The notes: generated from the letters alone by a model not told the origin. A DNA stretch of 48,985 nucleotides from Phycisphaeraceae bacterium (GCA_040905565.1 JBBDRF010000089.1:1-48985), one strand, 5' to 3'. Numbered from the stretch's first letter, positions 1-8,700 are shown. Numbers and translations are program-made.

Positions 1-118
1 CCCCCCACCTACACCCCCCCCACCCACACACACGCCCCAAGCCCACGCCGTCCCGCCGTGGGTTCCCCCCCGCACACGCAACCGCGATCTGCGATCGCCC
101 GCTAACCCGATCACCCCC

Positions 119-739
119 TCAGACGTAGCTCCGCACGACACCGATCACGATGCCCTGCACCTGGCAATGATCCGCCCAGATCGGCTCGTACGCATCGTTC
201 GCCGGCTGCAGCCGAATACGGCCCTTCTCGCGGTAGAACTTCTTCAATGTCGCTTCCCCATCGTCCAGCAGCGCCACCACCGTCTGCCCGTTGCGCGCCG
301 TCGTCGCCCGTCGGCAGATCACATAATCGCCCGGCCGAATCTGCTCCTCGATCATCGAGTCGCCCCGCACCTCCAGCACGAACGTGTCGCCGCTTCGCCC
401 GCTCGAAGCGAACAGCTCTTCCAGATCAAGCGTCTGCCGATCTTCCACCGCTTCAATCGGCACGCCCGCCGCGATGGTGCCGACCAGGGGCAACCGCGAC
501 GGACGCTGCTCGTCGGGGAGCGCTGCCTTACCGGTGAGCTCCAAAGAGCGTGCTCTGTTCGGATCCCGCTTGAGCGCCCCCTTTTCGATCAACGCCTCGA
601 CGTGCTCGAAAACGGTCACTTTTGACACGCCCAGGTGGTCGCCGATTTCCTGCAAGGTCGGGGAATAACCTCGGGTCAGTTGGCAGTCGCGAATCAGCAG
701 AAGAATGGTCTGCTGACGGGGTGTAAGTTTCAGCGTCAT
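119..739 (-). CDS. lexA: SOS repressor LexA
   Basis: N-terminal HTH (LTPRQQTIL...GYSPTLQEIGDHLGVSKVTVFEHVEALIEKG), Ala-Gly cleavage site (VGTIAAGVP), catalytic Ser (VRGDSM) and Lys (ATLKKF). Start trimmed to ATG at 739, which has a GGAGA RBS upstream. Confidence 0.97.
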   Translation of the reverse strand: MTLKLTPRQQTILLLIRDCQLTRGYSPTLQEIGDHLGVSKVTVFEHVEALIEKGALKRDPNRARSLELTGKAALPDEQRPSRLPLVGTIAAGVPIEAVEDRQTLDLEELFASSGRSGDTFVLEVRGDSMIEEQIRPGDYVICRRATTARNGQTVVALLDDGEATLKKFYREKGRIRLQPANDAYEPIWADHCQVQGIVIGVVRSYV

Positions 740-1286
740 CGTCGTTCTCCGTGAGTCTTGCCTTGCGTGTCGCGGGGTCAGCCGTAAGCAGACGCCGCAA
801 CAAGTCGTCGCCAGGGTGTACCAGTTTCCCGTCCGCAGCTGCAGCAAGCTGCGCCAGCCGACGCCCGTACCCCACCGCCGGCCGCCCGGACGTCAGCGCG
901 GGCCTAAGCCCTCGCAGCGCGCTCGCCGCGTCATGCAGCGCCTGCTGCTGCAGGCCCAGCCACGCTTCGATCGCCGACCCCGCAGCCGCCAGCGACCCGG
1001 CCTTCACCCACCGCCTCGCCGTCGCATCCGCCTGCTCGCCCGCCGTCGTCGGCTCATAGCGATCCAAGGCTTGCGACTGCTCCGAATCGTCTTCCAATCG
1101 CCCGCGCCTCGGCCGCCGCCGACGCCTGGGGCCGTAGCCCGCCAGCGACGTGCCCGATTCGGTATCCGCACCACTGGGATACTCCTGAGGCCCGGAAACC
1201 TGCCGCAGGCTCGTGCCGGTGTTGCCCGGCTCCAGCCGCGTCACATAATCGCCCCCCGGCCCTGTCATCACCAGCGGAATCGTCAT
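528..1286 (-). CDS. Hypothetical protein upstream of lexA, overlapping it out of frame by 212 nt
   Basis: Open 252-codon frame from ATG 1286 with CAGGAG RBS 9 nt upstream (alternative ATG at 1331). It fills the space between the promoter at 1418-1446 and lexA. No family recognised. Confidence 0.6.
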   Translation of the reverse strand: MTIPLVMTGPGGDYVTRLEPGNTGTSLRQVSGPQEYPSGADTESGTSLAGYGPRRRRRPRRGRLEDDSEQSQALDRYEPTTAGEQADATARRWVKAGSLAAAGSAIEAWLGLQQQALHDAASALRGLRPALTSGRPAVGYGRRLAQLAAAADGKLVHPGDDLLRRLLTADPATRKARLTENDDDAETYTPSADHSSADSRLPTDPRLFPDLAGNRRPPGRVKSDRFRARRGVDRKGGAQAGSEQSTLFGAHR

Positions 1287-1408
1287 CTTCTGCCGCTCCT
1301 GTTGGGGATCGAAGTTGCTCAGGGGCAACATCTGGTAGTCACCCGATGCCGCCCACCATACCTTTCGACCACCGGCGGGCCCGGACTTGAATCTCTCCGC
1401 CGTTTTCT

Positions 1409-1423
1409 GTTCGGACTACGTTA
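1409..1423. promoter_or_regulatory. Candidate LexA operator GTTC-N7-GTTA
   Basis: gttc-ggactac-gtta overlaps the -10/+1 region of the lexA operon promoter and resembles the GTTC-N7-GTTC direct-repeat SOS box of Alphaproteobacteria. Confidence 0.4.
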
Positions 1424-1446
1424 ACCTGACAGACCCCGCACGTCAA
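1418..1446 (-). promoter_or_regulatory. sigma70-type promoter for the hyp-lexA operon
   Basis: Minus strand reads TTGACG-N17-TAACGT. Confidence 0.7.
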
Positions 1447-1548
1447 CCACAATTTCACCACGAAAGCGGCGGCGAATCGACCCGTCATCACGCCGTGGGG
1501 GTATCGAACTGCACCGTTGGGAATTCACGTCTCAAATTGGTCGAGGCT

Positions 1549-1554
1549 TATAAT
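1549..1554 (+). promoter_or_regulatory. Possible -10 element for the glycosyltransferase
   Basis: Perfect TATAAT 80 nt upstream of the ATG; no good -35 at 17 nt spacing. Confidence 0.3.
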
Positions 1555-1633
1555 GTAGGTGATCGTATAAAACTCGTTCTTCGGCTTGTCCGATGTTATC
1601 ATTGGGCACCCCTTCCGAAGAGAGGCACTGCAT

Positions 1634-2953
1634 ATGACGGCTCGTCCTCGCGTGTTGGTGATCGCCGAGGCTGCAAACCCCGAGTGGGTCAGCGTCCCGT
1701 TGATCGGCTGGTCCATGACCGAAGCCCTTCGCGAAGTGGCTGATGTCCATATGGTCACTCACATCCGAAACCGCGGGGCAATTCTGCGTCAAGGCTGGGT
1801 CGAGGGCGAAGATTTCACCGTCATCGATAACGAACGGATCGCAAGACCACTTTACCGCCTAGGCGAAATGCTGCGTGGCGGCCGCGGGGCCGGCTGGACC
1901 ACCTCCATGGCTGTCCAGAGCATCGCCTACCCCTACTTCGAACGCCTCATCTGGAAGCAGTTCGGCAAGGCCATTCGTGCCGGTCAGTTCGATCTCGTCC
2001 ATCGCGTCACCCCCTTGACCCCCACCGCCCCAAGCCCGATCGTGCGCCATTGCCGTCGCGCCAACGTCCCGTTCGTGCTCGGCCCCCTCAACGGCGGCCT
2101 GCCCTGGCCCGCACAGTTCCGCGAGGCCCGCCACAAAGAAAAAGAATGGCTGAGCTACGTACGGGATTTCTACAAGCTCCTTCCCTATTACCGCTCCACA
2201 AGACGCGACGCCGCCGCCATCCTCGTCGCCTCCCGCGCCACCGAGGACCAACTCCGCCGAGCTGCCCGCGGCCGCCAGATCTACATCCCCGAAAACGCCA
2301 TCGACCCTACCTGCTTCCCCCAAGCCCCAACCCGCAACTACAAACGCCCACTCCGAGGCGTGTTCATCGGACGCCTGGTCCCCTACAAAGGACCCGACAT
2401 GCTCCTCGAAGCAGCTGCCCCCCTGCTGCGCGACGGCACGCTCGAACTCGACTTCCTCGGCGACGGCCCCATGATGCAGTCGCTCTGCGAAATGACCAAA
2501 AGCGAAGCCATCGGCCACGCCGTCCACATGCGAGGCTGGGTCCCCCACGAACAAATCCACCAATACCTCGCCAATGCCGACCTCCTCCCCTTCCCCAGCA
2601 TCAGAGAATTCGGCGGCGGCGCCGTCCTCGAAGCCATGACCGCAGGCGTCGTCCCCCTCGTGGTCGACTACGGGGGCCCCGCAGAACTCGTCAGCGACGC
2701 CACCGGCTTCAAAATCCCCCTCGGCTCCCGCGAGCAGATCGTCGCCGGCTTGCGCGAGCAACTCGAAAAACTTGTCGCCGATCCGAGCATCCTCGAATCC
2801 TACTCACGCATGGCCGTCGAAGACGTTCACCGCCGCTTCACTTGGCCGGCTCGGGCTCAGCAGATGCTCGAAGTCTACCGCTACGTCATGGGCGAGCGCC
2901 CCGACCAGCCCGTCTTCCCAGCCCCACCCGCACGCCAGCTCCAGCCCGCGTAA
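1634..2953 (+). CDS. Glycosyltransferase family 4 (GT-B fold)
   Basis: VFIGRLVPYKG and FPSIREFGGGAVLEAMTAGVVPLVVDYGGPAELV motifs; start trimmed to ATG 1634. Confidence 0.92.
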   Translation: MTARPRVLVIAEAANPEWVSVPLIGWSMTEALREVADVHMVTHIRNRGAILRQGWVEGEDFTVIDNERIARPLYRLGEMLRGGRGAGWTTSMAVQSIAYPYFERLIWKQFGKAIRAGQFDLVHRVTPLTPTAPSPIVRHCRRANVPFVLGPLNGGLPWPAQFREARHKEKEWLSYVRDFYKLLPYYRSTRRDAAAILVASRATEDQLRRAARGRQIYIPENAIDPTCFPQAPTRNYKRPLRGVFIGRLVPYKGPDMLLEAAAPLLRDGTLELDFLGDGPMMQSLCEMTKSEAIGHAVHMRGWVPHEQIHQYLANADLLPFPSIREFGGGAVLEAMTAGVVPLVVDYGGPAELVSDATGFKIPLGSREQIVAGLREQLEKLVADPSILESYSRMAVEDVHRRFTWPARAQQMLEVYRYVMGERPDQPVFPAPPARQLQPA

Positions 2954-2997
2954 ATTACCTGGTCCGGCAAGCCGGTCCCCCGACCCACCCTCCCACG

Positions 2998-3037
2998 CAA
3001 AAAAAGCGAGGCGGTACGCACGGGTACGCGCCGCCTC
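2998..3037 (-). terminator. Rho-independent terminator between convergent genes
   Basis: gaggcgg...ccgcctc stem; the A-run at 2998-3005 gives a U tail on the minus strand. Confidence 0.7.
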
Positions 3038-3065
3038 ACCTCTTGATCTGTTCATTCTCTGCCGC

Positions 3066-3725
3066 TTAGGCAGCAGTTGGTGACGCTGCGCGCCCGCGCC
3101 GCCGCAGCAATCCTGCCGTGCCCAGCAGCAGCATCCCCAAGCTCGCCGGCTCCGGAACTGCTGTGCCGTTGTAAACTTGGAAGTCATTGACTTCGCCTTC
3201 TGTGGTGAAGGCCGTCGTCCCCGCCGCAAAATCCCACGACGCTTCCGCCGTCCCCACCAGGCCCCGGTCGTCGTACTCATAGTACGTATAGAGAAGCTTC
3301 GTAAAATCGAACTCCACCGCTTCGCTCGGCAGGCCGCTGCCGCCGCCCGTGTTCAACGTCATCACACGCACATCCTCCAGCCGCCACTTCGCCACCACAT
3401 TGTCTTCAAAACCACCGCGAGGCAGGACGATGTCCATCTCCAGATACTGAATCGGCGTGCCGACAAACAACGCCTCCATCAGCTTCGGCGACGCTTTGTC
3501 CGTCGACTTGGTCACCTTGAACGGCCCATGCGAAGGTGCCCCCCGCGATCCCGCACTCAAGTCAATATTGAACGTTTTCACCGCAATCCACCCCTCGTAC
3601 CCGCTCCGAGTCACCTCCCCTTCGATCCCCTCGATTTCCATGTACAAAGCCGCCTCCGCCTGCGACTGTACCCCCATCAGAACGACCGCCAACACAACAA
3701 CCAGAATTGAGATAGCAGGCTTCAT
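3066..3725 (-). CDS. Hcp (T6SS tube)-family domain protein with Sec signal peptide and PEP-CTERM anchor
   Basis: Signal MKPAISILVVVLAVVLMGVQSQAEA; Hcp motifs LYMEIEGIEGE..GYEGWIAV, VTKSTDKASPKLMEA, PSEAVEFDFTKLLYTY, ASWDF; C-terminal VPEPASLGMLLLGTAGLLRRR. GGAGGG RBS before ATG 3725. Confidence 0.85.
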   Translation of the reverse strand: MKPAISILVVVLAVVLMGVQSQAEAALYMEIEGIEGEVTRSGYEGWIAVKTFNIDLSAGSRGAPSHGPFKVTKSTDKASPKLMEALFVGTPIQYLEMDIVLPRGGFEDNVVAKWRLEDVRVMTLNTGGGSGLPSEAVEFDFTKLLYTYYEYDDRGLVGTAEASWDFAAGTTAFTTEGEVNDFQVYNGTAVPEPASLGMLLLGTAGLLRRRGRAASPTAA

Positions 3726-3881
3726 CGGTCCCTCCCACGAAAAAGGATTCACCATACTTCGACGGCCGCACCCCGCAGCCGCACATCCCCCCGAAACTAC
3801 ACCGTCCAAAGGAGGAAGCACCAATATATCAAGCGAATCCGCCACGGCCTAGAACTTTTTTGCGATGGAGATAGCCGCGAG

Positions 3882-3918
3882 ACGACGTCTCGCTGGCCCC
3901 CCCCGGCCGAGACGTCGT
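3882..3918. repeat. Perfect 11-bp inverted repeat with a poly-C-containing loop
   Basis: acgacgtctcg ... cgagacgtcgt just downstream of the SDR stop; no U tail. Confidence 0.6.
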
Positions 3919-3923
3919 TGCGG

Positions 3924-4745
3924 CTATTGGTTGGGCGCTTTCGCGTCGCTGACGCCGTGGATCATGAAGCCGCCGTCGATGTTGATGCATTCGCCGTTGA
4001 CGAAACGGCCGGCCTCGCTGGCGAGGTAGACGACGGAACCTGCGATCTCTTCAGGGGTTCCGAAGCGTTCCATCGGCGTGCATTCGAGGATGCGCCGGCC
4101 CCGGTCGCCCGATTCGAGGATCTTGCGGTTCTGGTCGGCGGGGACGAAGCCGGGCGCGATCGCATTGACGCGGATGCCCAGCAGGCGGGGCCACTCGACC
4201 GCAAGTTGACGGGTCAACGCCAGCAACGCGCCCTTGCTGGTGGCGTAGGTGGTGACCTCAGAGAGGGCGAGGAAGCTGGTGACGGAGCAGACGTTGATGA
4301 TGCTGTAACCTGCTGAAGAATCTGGCTTTCCCTGCTTTTCACACTGGCGGGCGAAGGCCTGGGAGGCGTGGAAGGGGCCGAAGTAGTTGACGTCCATGAC
4401 GAAGCGATGCTCGTCTTCTTCGACGTCGAGCGTCGGTTTTTTCAGGTTCACCCCCGCGCAATTCACGAGGATGTCGATGCGGCCGAACGCTTCGACGGTG
4501 CTGGCAATGGCCGCTTCGATGGAGGCGCGGTCGGCGACATCGAGTTCCACCGCAACGACACTGTTTGCGGGTCGGCCCTCGGCGAGGGCGGCCTGGGCGG
4601 CGTGAACTTTTTCGGGTGAGCGGGAGCCGACGACGACCTTCGCGCCGGCGCCGAGGAGGGCGTGGGCGATGGCGCGGCCGATGCCGCTGGTGCCGCCGGT
4701 GACCAGGGCGACCTTGTTGTCGAGCGTGAAGCTGAGGTGTGACAT
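3924..4745 (-). CDS. SDR-family NAD(P)-dependent oxidoreductase (gluconate 5-dehydrogenase/KduD-like)
   Basis: TGGTSGIG Rossmann motif, DILVNCAG, catalytic YATSK, IRVNAIAPG. Confidence 0.92.
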   Translation of the reverse strand: MSHLSFTLDNKVALVTGGTSGIGRAIAHALLGAGAKVVVGSRSPEKVHAAQAALAEGRPANSVVAVELDVADRASIEAAIASTVEAFGRIDILVNCAGVNLKKPTLDVEEDEHRFVMDVNYFGPFHASQAFARQCEKQGKPDSSAGYSIINVCSVTSFLALSEVTTYATSKGALLALTRQLAVEWPRLLGIRVNAIAPGFVPADQNRKILESGDRGRRILECTPMERFGTPEEIAGSVVYLASEAGRFVNGECINIDGGFMIHGVSDAKAPNQ

Positions 4746-4864
4746 ATTAAGAAATACCTTTAAAAACGGCGTGGTAATGGGAGCTTACTACCTATAATGC
4801 GGGCAAGGCGACGACGCAATGCGCACGTGTGCGTCGCAGGGGACTCGAACCGGGAGGGATTCAG

Positions 4865-5209
4865 ATGCATCATGAGAGCAAGGGACGACAGTTTCGTGTT
4901 GTGGTGAGTGCGCTCACGCTGGTCGCGGTTCTGGCGGTCGGCTGTGAGCGTGAACGTCCGGAGTACGGCGACGAGCCGGTGGATGCACCGCCCCCGCCGC
5001 CGCCGCAATCGGAGTCGGGAGAGCCCGGCGAGGCGGGCGGCGAGGTGGTGTTTTCGCTCGATGAGATGGAGCAGGAACTGGGGGGAAGCGGCGGGGGGAT
5101 CACCGAAGCGGGGGGCGATGTCACGCAAGCGGCGCGGGAGGCGGCGCGGGCTGCGGGGGAGACAATTGAGGACGGCGGGCGACGTTTGCGTGAAGCGGCG
5201 GCGGATTGA
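4865..5209 (+). CDS. Small acidic lipoprotein, hypothetical
   Basis: Hydrophobic stretch ending in lipobox-like AVGC, then Pro-rich linker; GGAGGG RBS; TATAAT at 4793-4798. Confidence 0.65.
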   Translation: MHHESKGRQFRVVVSALTLVAVLAVGCERERPEYGDEPVDAPPPPPPQSESGEPGEAGGEVVFSLDEMEQELGGSGGGITEAGGDVTQAAREAARAAGETIEDGGRRLREAAAD

Positions 5210-5304
5210 CGGTATGCTGAGGGGGTGTTCCCCGGTGCAGGCGCTAAGGTTGAAGCCTTATCCTGCCCGATATTTGTTCCCCCCTTTTTGTCAGGAGACG
5301 TGAC

Positions 5305-5523
5305 ATGTCCATTGGTAACTTCAGCAAGTGGTTGGCTGTTCTCACCCTCGCGGTGACGGTTGGTGTCTGGGGCATCGGTTGTGAGCAGGAGCCTGCGGAT
5401 CATATGGAAGACGCTGGCGAATCGATGCAGGACGCGGCCGAGAGCACCGGCGATGCGGTCGAGGGCGCGGCAGAGGAAGCCGGCGACGCGGCGGAAGATG
5501 CCGGCGACAATCTTAACGACTGA
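5305..5523 (+). CDS. Small acidic repetitive lipoprotein, hypothetical
   Basis: CAGGAG RBS; signal ending GIGC; repeated (E/D)DAG(E/D)/DAAE units. Confidence 0.75.
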   Translation: MSIGNFSKWLAVLTLAVTVGVWGIGCEQEPADHMEDAGESMQDAAESTGDAVEGAAEEAGDAAEDAGDNLND

Positions 5524-5541
5524 TGCAATCATGTGAGGCGG

Positions 5542-5575
5542 CGCCGATGTGCCCGGTAAACCGGGCGCATTGGCG
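5542..5575 (+). terminator. Long GC-rich hairpin after the small lipoprotein (terminator or RNA stabiliser)
   Basis: cgccgatgtgcccggt / accgggcgcattggcg stem with G-U pairs; no U tail. Confidence 0.4.
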
Positions 5576-5605
5576 TGGTCCACATAGCGCGATAGATTGG
5601 CGTGT

Positions 5606-6388
5606 ATGAAAGTCAGCTTCTTCGTAACGTGCCTGACCGATACGTTCTATCCCCGTGTGGGGCAGGCGGTGGTGGCGGTCCTGGAGCATCTCGGTCACGA
5701 GGTGGAATTCCGCGAGGCGCAGACGTGCTGCGGGCAGCCGATGTTCAACACCGGTTGTCACGGCGATGCTGCGGCACTGGCGCGGAAGATGATCGATGTG
5801 TTCGATGATGCGGACGTGGTGGTGACACCGAGCGGTTCGTGCTGCGCGATGATCCACGATTACTATGAGGATCTGCTCGGCGACGATCCGCACTATGGGC
5901 CGCGTGCGAAGGAAATGGTGGGGAAGACGCATGAGTTTGCGAAGTTTCTGCTTGATGTGGAGAAGGTAGATCTGGCGGAGCTGGGGTGCCGGTGGCCGGG
6001 CAAGCTGACGTATCACTATTCGTGCCATTTGCGGGGGCTGGGCATGCGGGACGAAGCGGTGCGGCTGTTGAATCAGATCGAGGGGGTGGAGCTTGTGCCA
6101 CTGGAGAAGACGGAGCAGTGCTGCGGATTCGGGGGGACGTTTGCCGTGAAGTATCCGCAGATCAGCGGGTCGATGGTGCGGGACAAAGTGGATTGCGTGA
6201 AGAAGACGGGAGCGGATGTGCTGGTATGCAATGATGGGGGGTGTTCGCTGAACATTACGGGATCGCTGCATCGTGAGCAGGTGCCGGTGATGACCAAGCA
6301 CCTTGCGGAGATCATTGCCGAGGGTCTGGGGCTGTTGCCGATCGAGGCACCGTCGCCAGGCACCGCCACACAGGGAGTCACATCATGA
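5606..6388 (+). CDS. lutA: Lactate utilization protein A (CCG-domain Fe-S protein)
   Basis: FFVTCLTD, QTCCGQPMFNTG, YHYSCH, CCGFGGTFAVK; first gene of a lutABC triplet. Confidence 0.92.
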   Translation: MKVSFFVTCLTDTFYPRVGQAVVAVLEHLGHEVEFREAQTCCGQPMFNTGCHGDAAALARKMIDVFDDADVVVTPSGSCCAMIHDYYEDLLGDDPHYGPRAKEMVGKTHEFAKFLLDVEKVDLAELGCRWPGKLTYHYSCHLRGLGMRDEAVRLLNQIEGVELVPLEKTEQCCGFGGTFAVKYPQISGSMVRDKVDCVKKTGADVLVCNDGGCSLNITGSLHREQVPVMTKHLAEIIAEGLGLLPIEAPSPGTATQGVTS

Positions 6389-7929
6389 CCCCCCCACCTT
6401 TGCCCGCATCTGAACCGGCGCCGGACGTGGACCGCTCGGGCACGAAGCAGGCTGCGAGCGCATCCGTGCAGGAACATCCGGTGGCGTTGTCGCATGATGG
6501 GCAGTCGATTCTGTTTCCGAAGCTGCCATATGACATGCACGACCGGGCGGACCATGCGATCGGCGATGAGCAGGTGCAGCAGTTCGTAAATCATGCGACG
6601 CTTTTGAAGGACGACGCTCGCAAGAAGCTGACGGCTGAAGTGTTCGGCGATCGACACGATGCGATCCGGACGCTGGCGGGCGAGATTAAAAAGCACACGC
6701 TTGAGAACCTGGATTACTACGTCGAGCAGTTTGTCGACAACGCCACGGCGGCGGGCGTGCAGGTGCACTTTGCGGAGGATGCTGAGGAAGCGAACGGCAT
6801 CTGTCTGGACATCGCCAAGCGGGAGAAACTCACCGCGTGCGTGAAGAGCAAGAGCATGGTGACGGAGGAAACGCACCTGCTGCCCGAGCTTGAGAAGATC
6901 GGGATCGAAACGCTTGAGACGGATCTGGGCGAGTTCATTTTGCAGCTGGATCATGACGCGCCGTCGCACATTGTGACGCCGATGATTCACAAGGATCGCA
7001 AGGCGGTGGCCCGGGCGTTCGAGCGTGAGCTCGGGGTTGCCTACACGGAAGACCCGGAAGAACTGACGAGAATCGCGCGGGAGTATCTGCGGGAGAAGTA
7101 CCGCAAGGCGGACCTGGGCATCAGCGGCGGGAACTTTCTTGTTGCGGACACCGGCTCGCTGGTGCTGTGCACGAACGAAGGGAACGCGACGTTCTGCACA
7201 ACGGCTCCGCGCGTTCACGTGGCCTTCGTCGGCATGGAAAAGCTGGTCCCGAACTACGCGGGGCTGACGGTGCTTTTGAAGCTGCTGGCGAGGCATTCGA
7301 CGGCCCAGCCTTTGACGGTCTACACCGACATCATCACGGGCCCCAAGCGGGAAGCGGATGATGACGGACCTGAGCAGATGCACGTGATTCTGCTGAACAA
7401 CGGCCGGACAAATATCCTAGAGGACCCGGACTACCGGGCAGCTTTGCAGTGCATCCGGTGCGGGGCGTGTCTGAACGCGTGCCCGGTGTATCGGAAAGCG
7501 ACGGGGCATAGCTACGGGGCGGTTTATTCGGGGCCGATTGGTGCGGTGATCACGCCGTTGTTCAAGGGGCTGAAGAACTATAAGGATCTGCCGAACGCGT
7601 CGTCGCTATGCGGGGCGTGTTATGAGGCTTGCCCGGTGAAGATCAACCTGCCGGAGATGCTGATCAAGCTGAGGCGGGACATGATCGGCGGGAAGATTAC
7701 CAAGTGGCAGGAACGGCTGAGCTACAAGATTTTTGCTGCGGGTTTGAAGAGCGGGACGGCGTATCGGCTGGGCGGCTGGATGCAGACGAAGATGCTGCGG
7801 ATGATGGCGGATAAGGATGGCTACGTTCGGAGCGCGCCGGGTCCTGTGCGGAACTGGACGCGTGAGCGGGACCTGCCCGCACCGGCAGCCCAGAATTTCC
7901 GGACGTGGTGGCGCAAGCGGACGCCTTGA
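6385..7929 (+). CDS. lutB: Lactate utilization protein B (LutB/LldF Fe-S subunit)
   Basis: KSKSMVTEE, ETDLGEFILQL, CIRCGACLNACPVY and SSLCGACYEACPVKI 4Fe-4S motifs; ATGA overlap with lutA. Confidence 0.95.
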   Translation: MTPPPLPASEPAPDVDRSGTKQAASASVQEHPVALSHDGQSILFPKLPYDMHDRADHAIGDEQVQQFVNHATLLKDDARKKLTAEVFGDRHDAIRTLAGEIKKHTLENLDYYVEQFVDNATAAGVQVHFAEDAEEANGICLDIAKREKLTACVKSKSMVTEETHLLPELEKIGIETLETDLGEFILQLDHDAPSHIVTPMIHKDRKAVARAFERELGVAYTEDPEELTRIAREYLREKYRKADLGISGGNFLVADTGSLVLCTNEGNATFCTTAPRVHVAFVGMEKLVPNYAGLTVLLKLLARHSTAQPLTVYTDIITGPKREADDDGPEQMHVILLNNGRTNILEDPDYRAALQCIRCGACLNACPVYRKATGHSYGAVYSGPIGAVITPLFKGLKNYKDLPNASSLCGACYEACPVKINLPEMLIKLRRDMIGGKITKWQERLSYKIFAAGLKSGTAYRLGGWMQTKMLRMMADKDGYVRSAPGPVRNWTRERDLPAPAAQNFRTWWRKRTP

Positions 7930-7969
7930 CGTCCCGGTTTTTCTCTCCCCTCGCACGGTGATGTTTGAT

Positions 7970-8644
7970 ATGGCGACGACACGTGAACAGTTTGTGAAGC
8001 GGATACGCGGTGCTCTGGGGCGCGGTGCGAATGCGGAAGCGCCGACGCCGCCTGCGGTGGAGGATGCGCTGATTCGGCTGACGTGGGCGGAGGAGGATCT
8101 GCCGGGGCTGTTTGCGGAGCGCGCCGAGGCGGTGGGTGTTTCGGTGCGGCGATGCAAAGCGGCTGATCTGGCGGGGACGCTGGGCGAGCTGCTGGATGAG
8201 CATGAGGTGAAGACGCTGACGCTTGCGGAGGAGCAGATCGCGGGCGGAGCTGCGCTGGCGGCGGGGCTGGACGAGCGGGGATATGAACTGCGGGCATGGC
8301 AGGATGACCGGAGCATGACGGGGCACTACGACGTGGACGCGGGGGTGAGTGGATGCGGCGCGGTGCTGGCGGAGACGGGGACAATTATTTACCGGTCGGG
8401 GGAAGGCGGCGGGCGTGGGCATATGCTTGTGCCTCCGATTCACGTGGTGGTGGTGAGGCGGTCGCAGGTGCTGGCGGATATGGTCGATTACATGGGCCAG
8501 CAGGCGGGGCTGAGGCCTGAGCAGCTGCCGAGTTCGCAATCGATGATCACGGGGCCGAGCAAGACAGCCGATATTGAAGGGGTGCTGATCACGGGCGTTC
8601 ACGGGCCTGGGAAAGTGGCTGTGATCGTGCTGGAGGATGCGTGA
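7970..8644 (+). CDS. lutC: Lactate utilization protein C (LUD domain)
   Basis: AETGT and ITGPSKTADIEGVLITGVHGP motifs; start trimmed to ATG 7970 (7961 also possible). Confidence 0.9.
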   Translation: MATTREQFVKRIRGALGRGANAEAPTPPAVEDALIRLTWAEEDLPGLFAERAEAVGVSVRRCKAADLAGTLGELLDEHEVKTLTLAEEQIAGGAALAAGLDERGYELRAWQDDRSMTGHYDVDAGVSGCGAVLAETGTIIYRSGEGGGRGHMLVPPIHVVVVRRSQVLADMVDYMGQQAGLRPEQLPSSQSMITGPSKTADIEGVLITGVHGPGKVAVIVLEDA

Positions 8645-8700
8645 TGTTTGCCCCCACACAAGCGGCGGCCGGTGCTGGTCGCCATCGAGGATAGAACGGT

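Noticed and set aside
1..118. C-rich low-complexity start of the window as a gene or tandem repeat
   Set aside because: No ORF or regular period; treated as part of the skew/G-tract observation and could include homopolymer sequencing error.
740..847. Longer LexA start given in the ORF track
   Set aside because: ATG 739 has a good RBS and gives a canonical 206-aa LexA.
3066..3725. Type VI secretion locus or prophage remnant
   Set aside because: No sheath, baseplate, VgrG or phage genes nearby; the Hcp-like gene is isolated and carries export and anchor signals.
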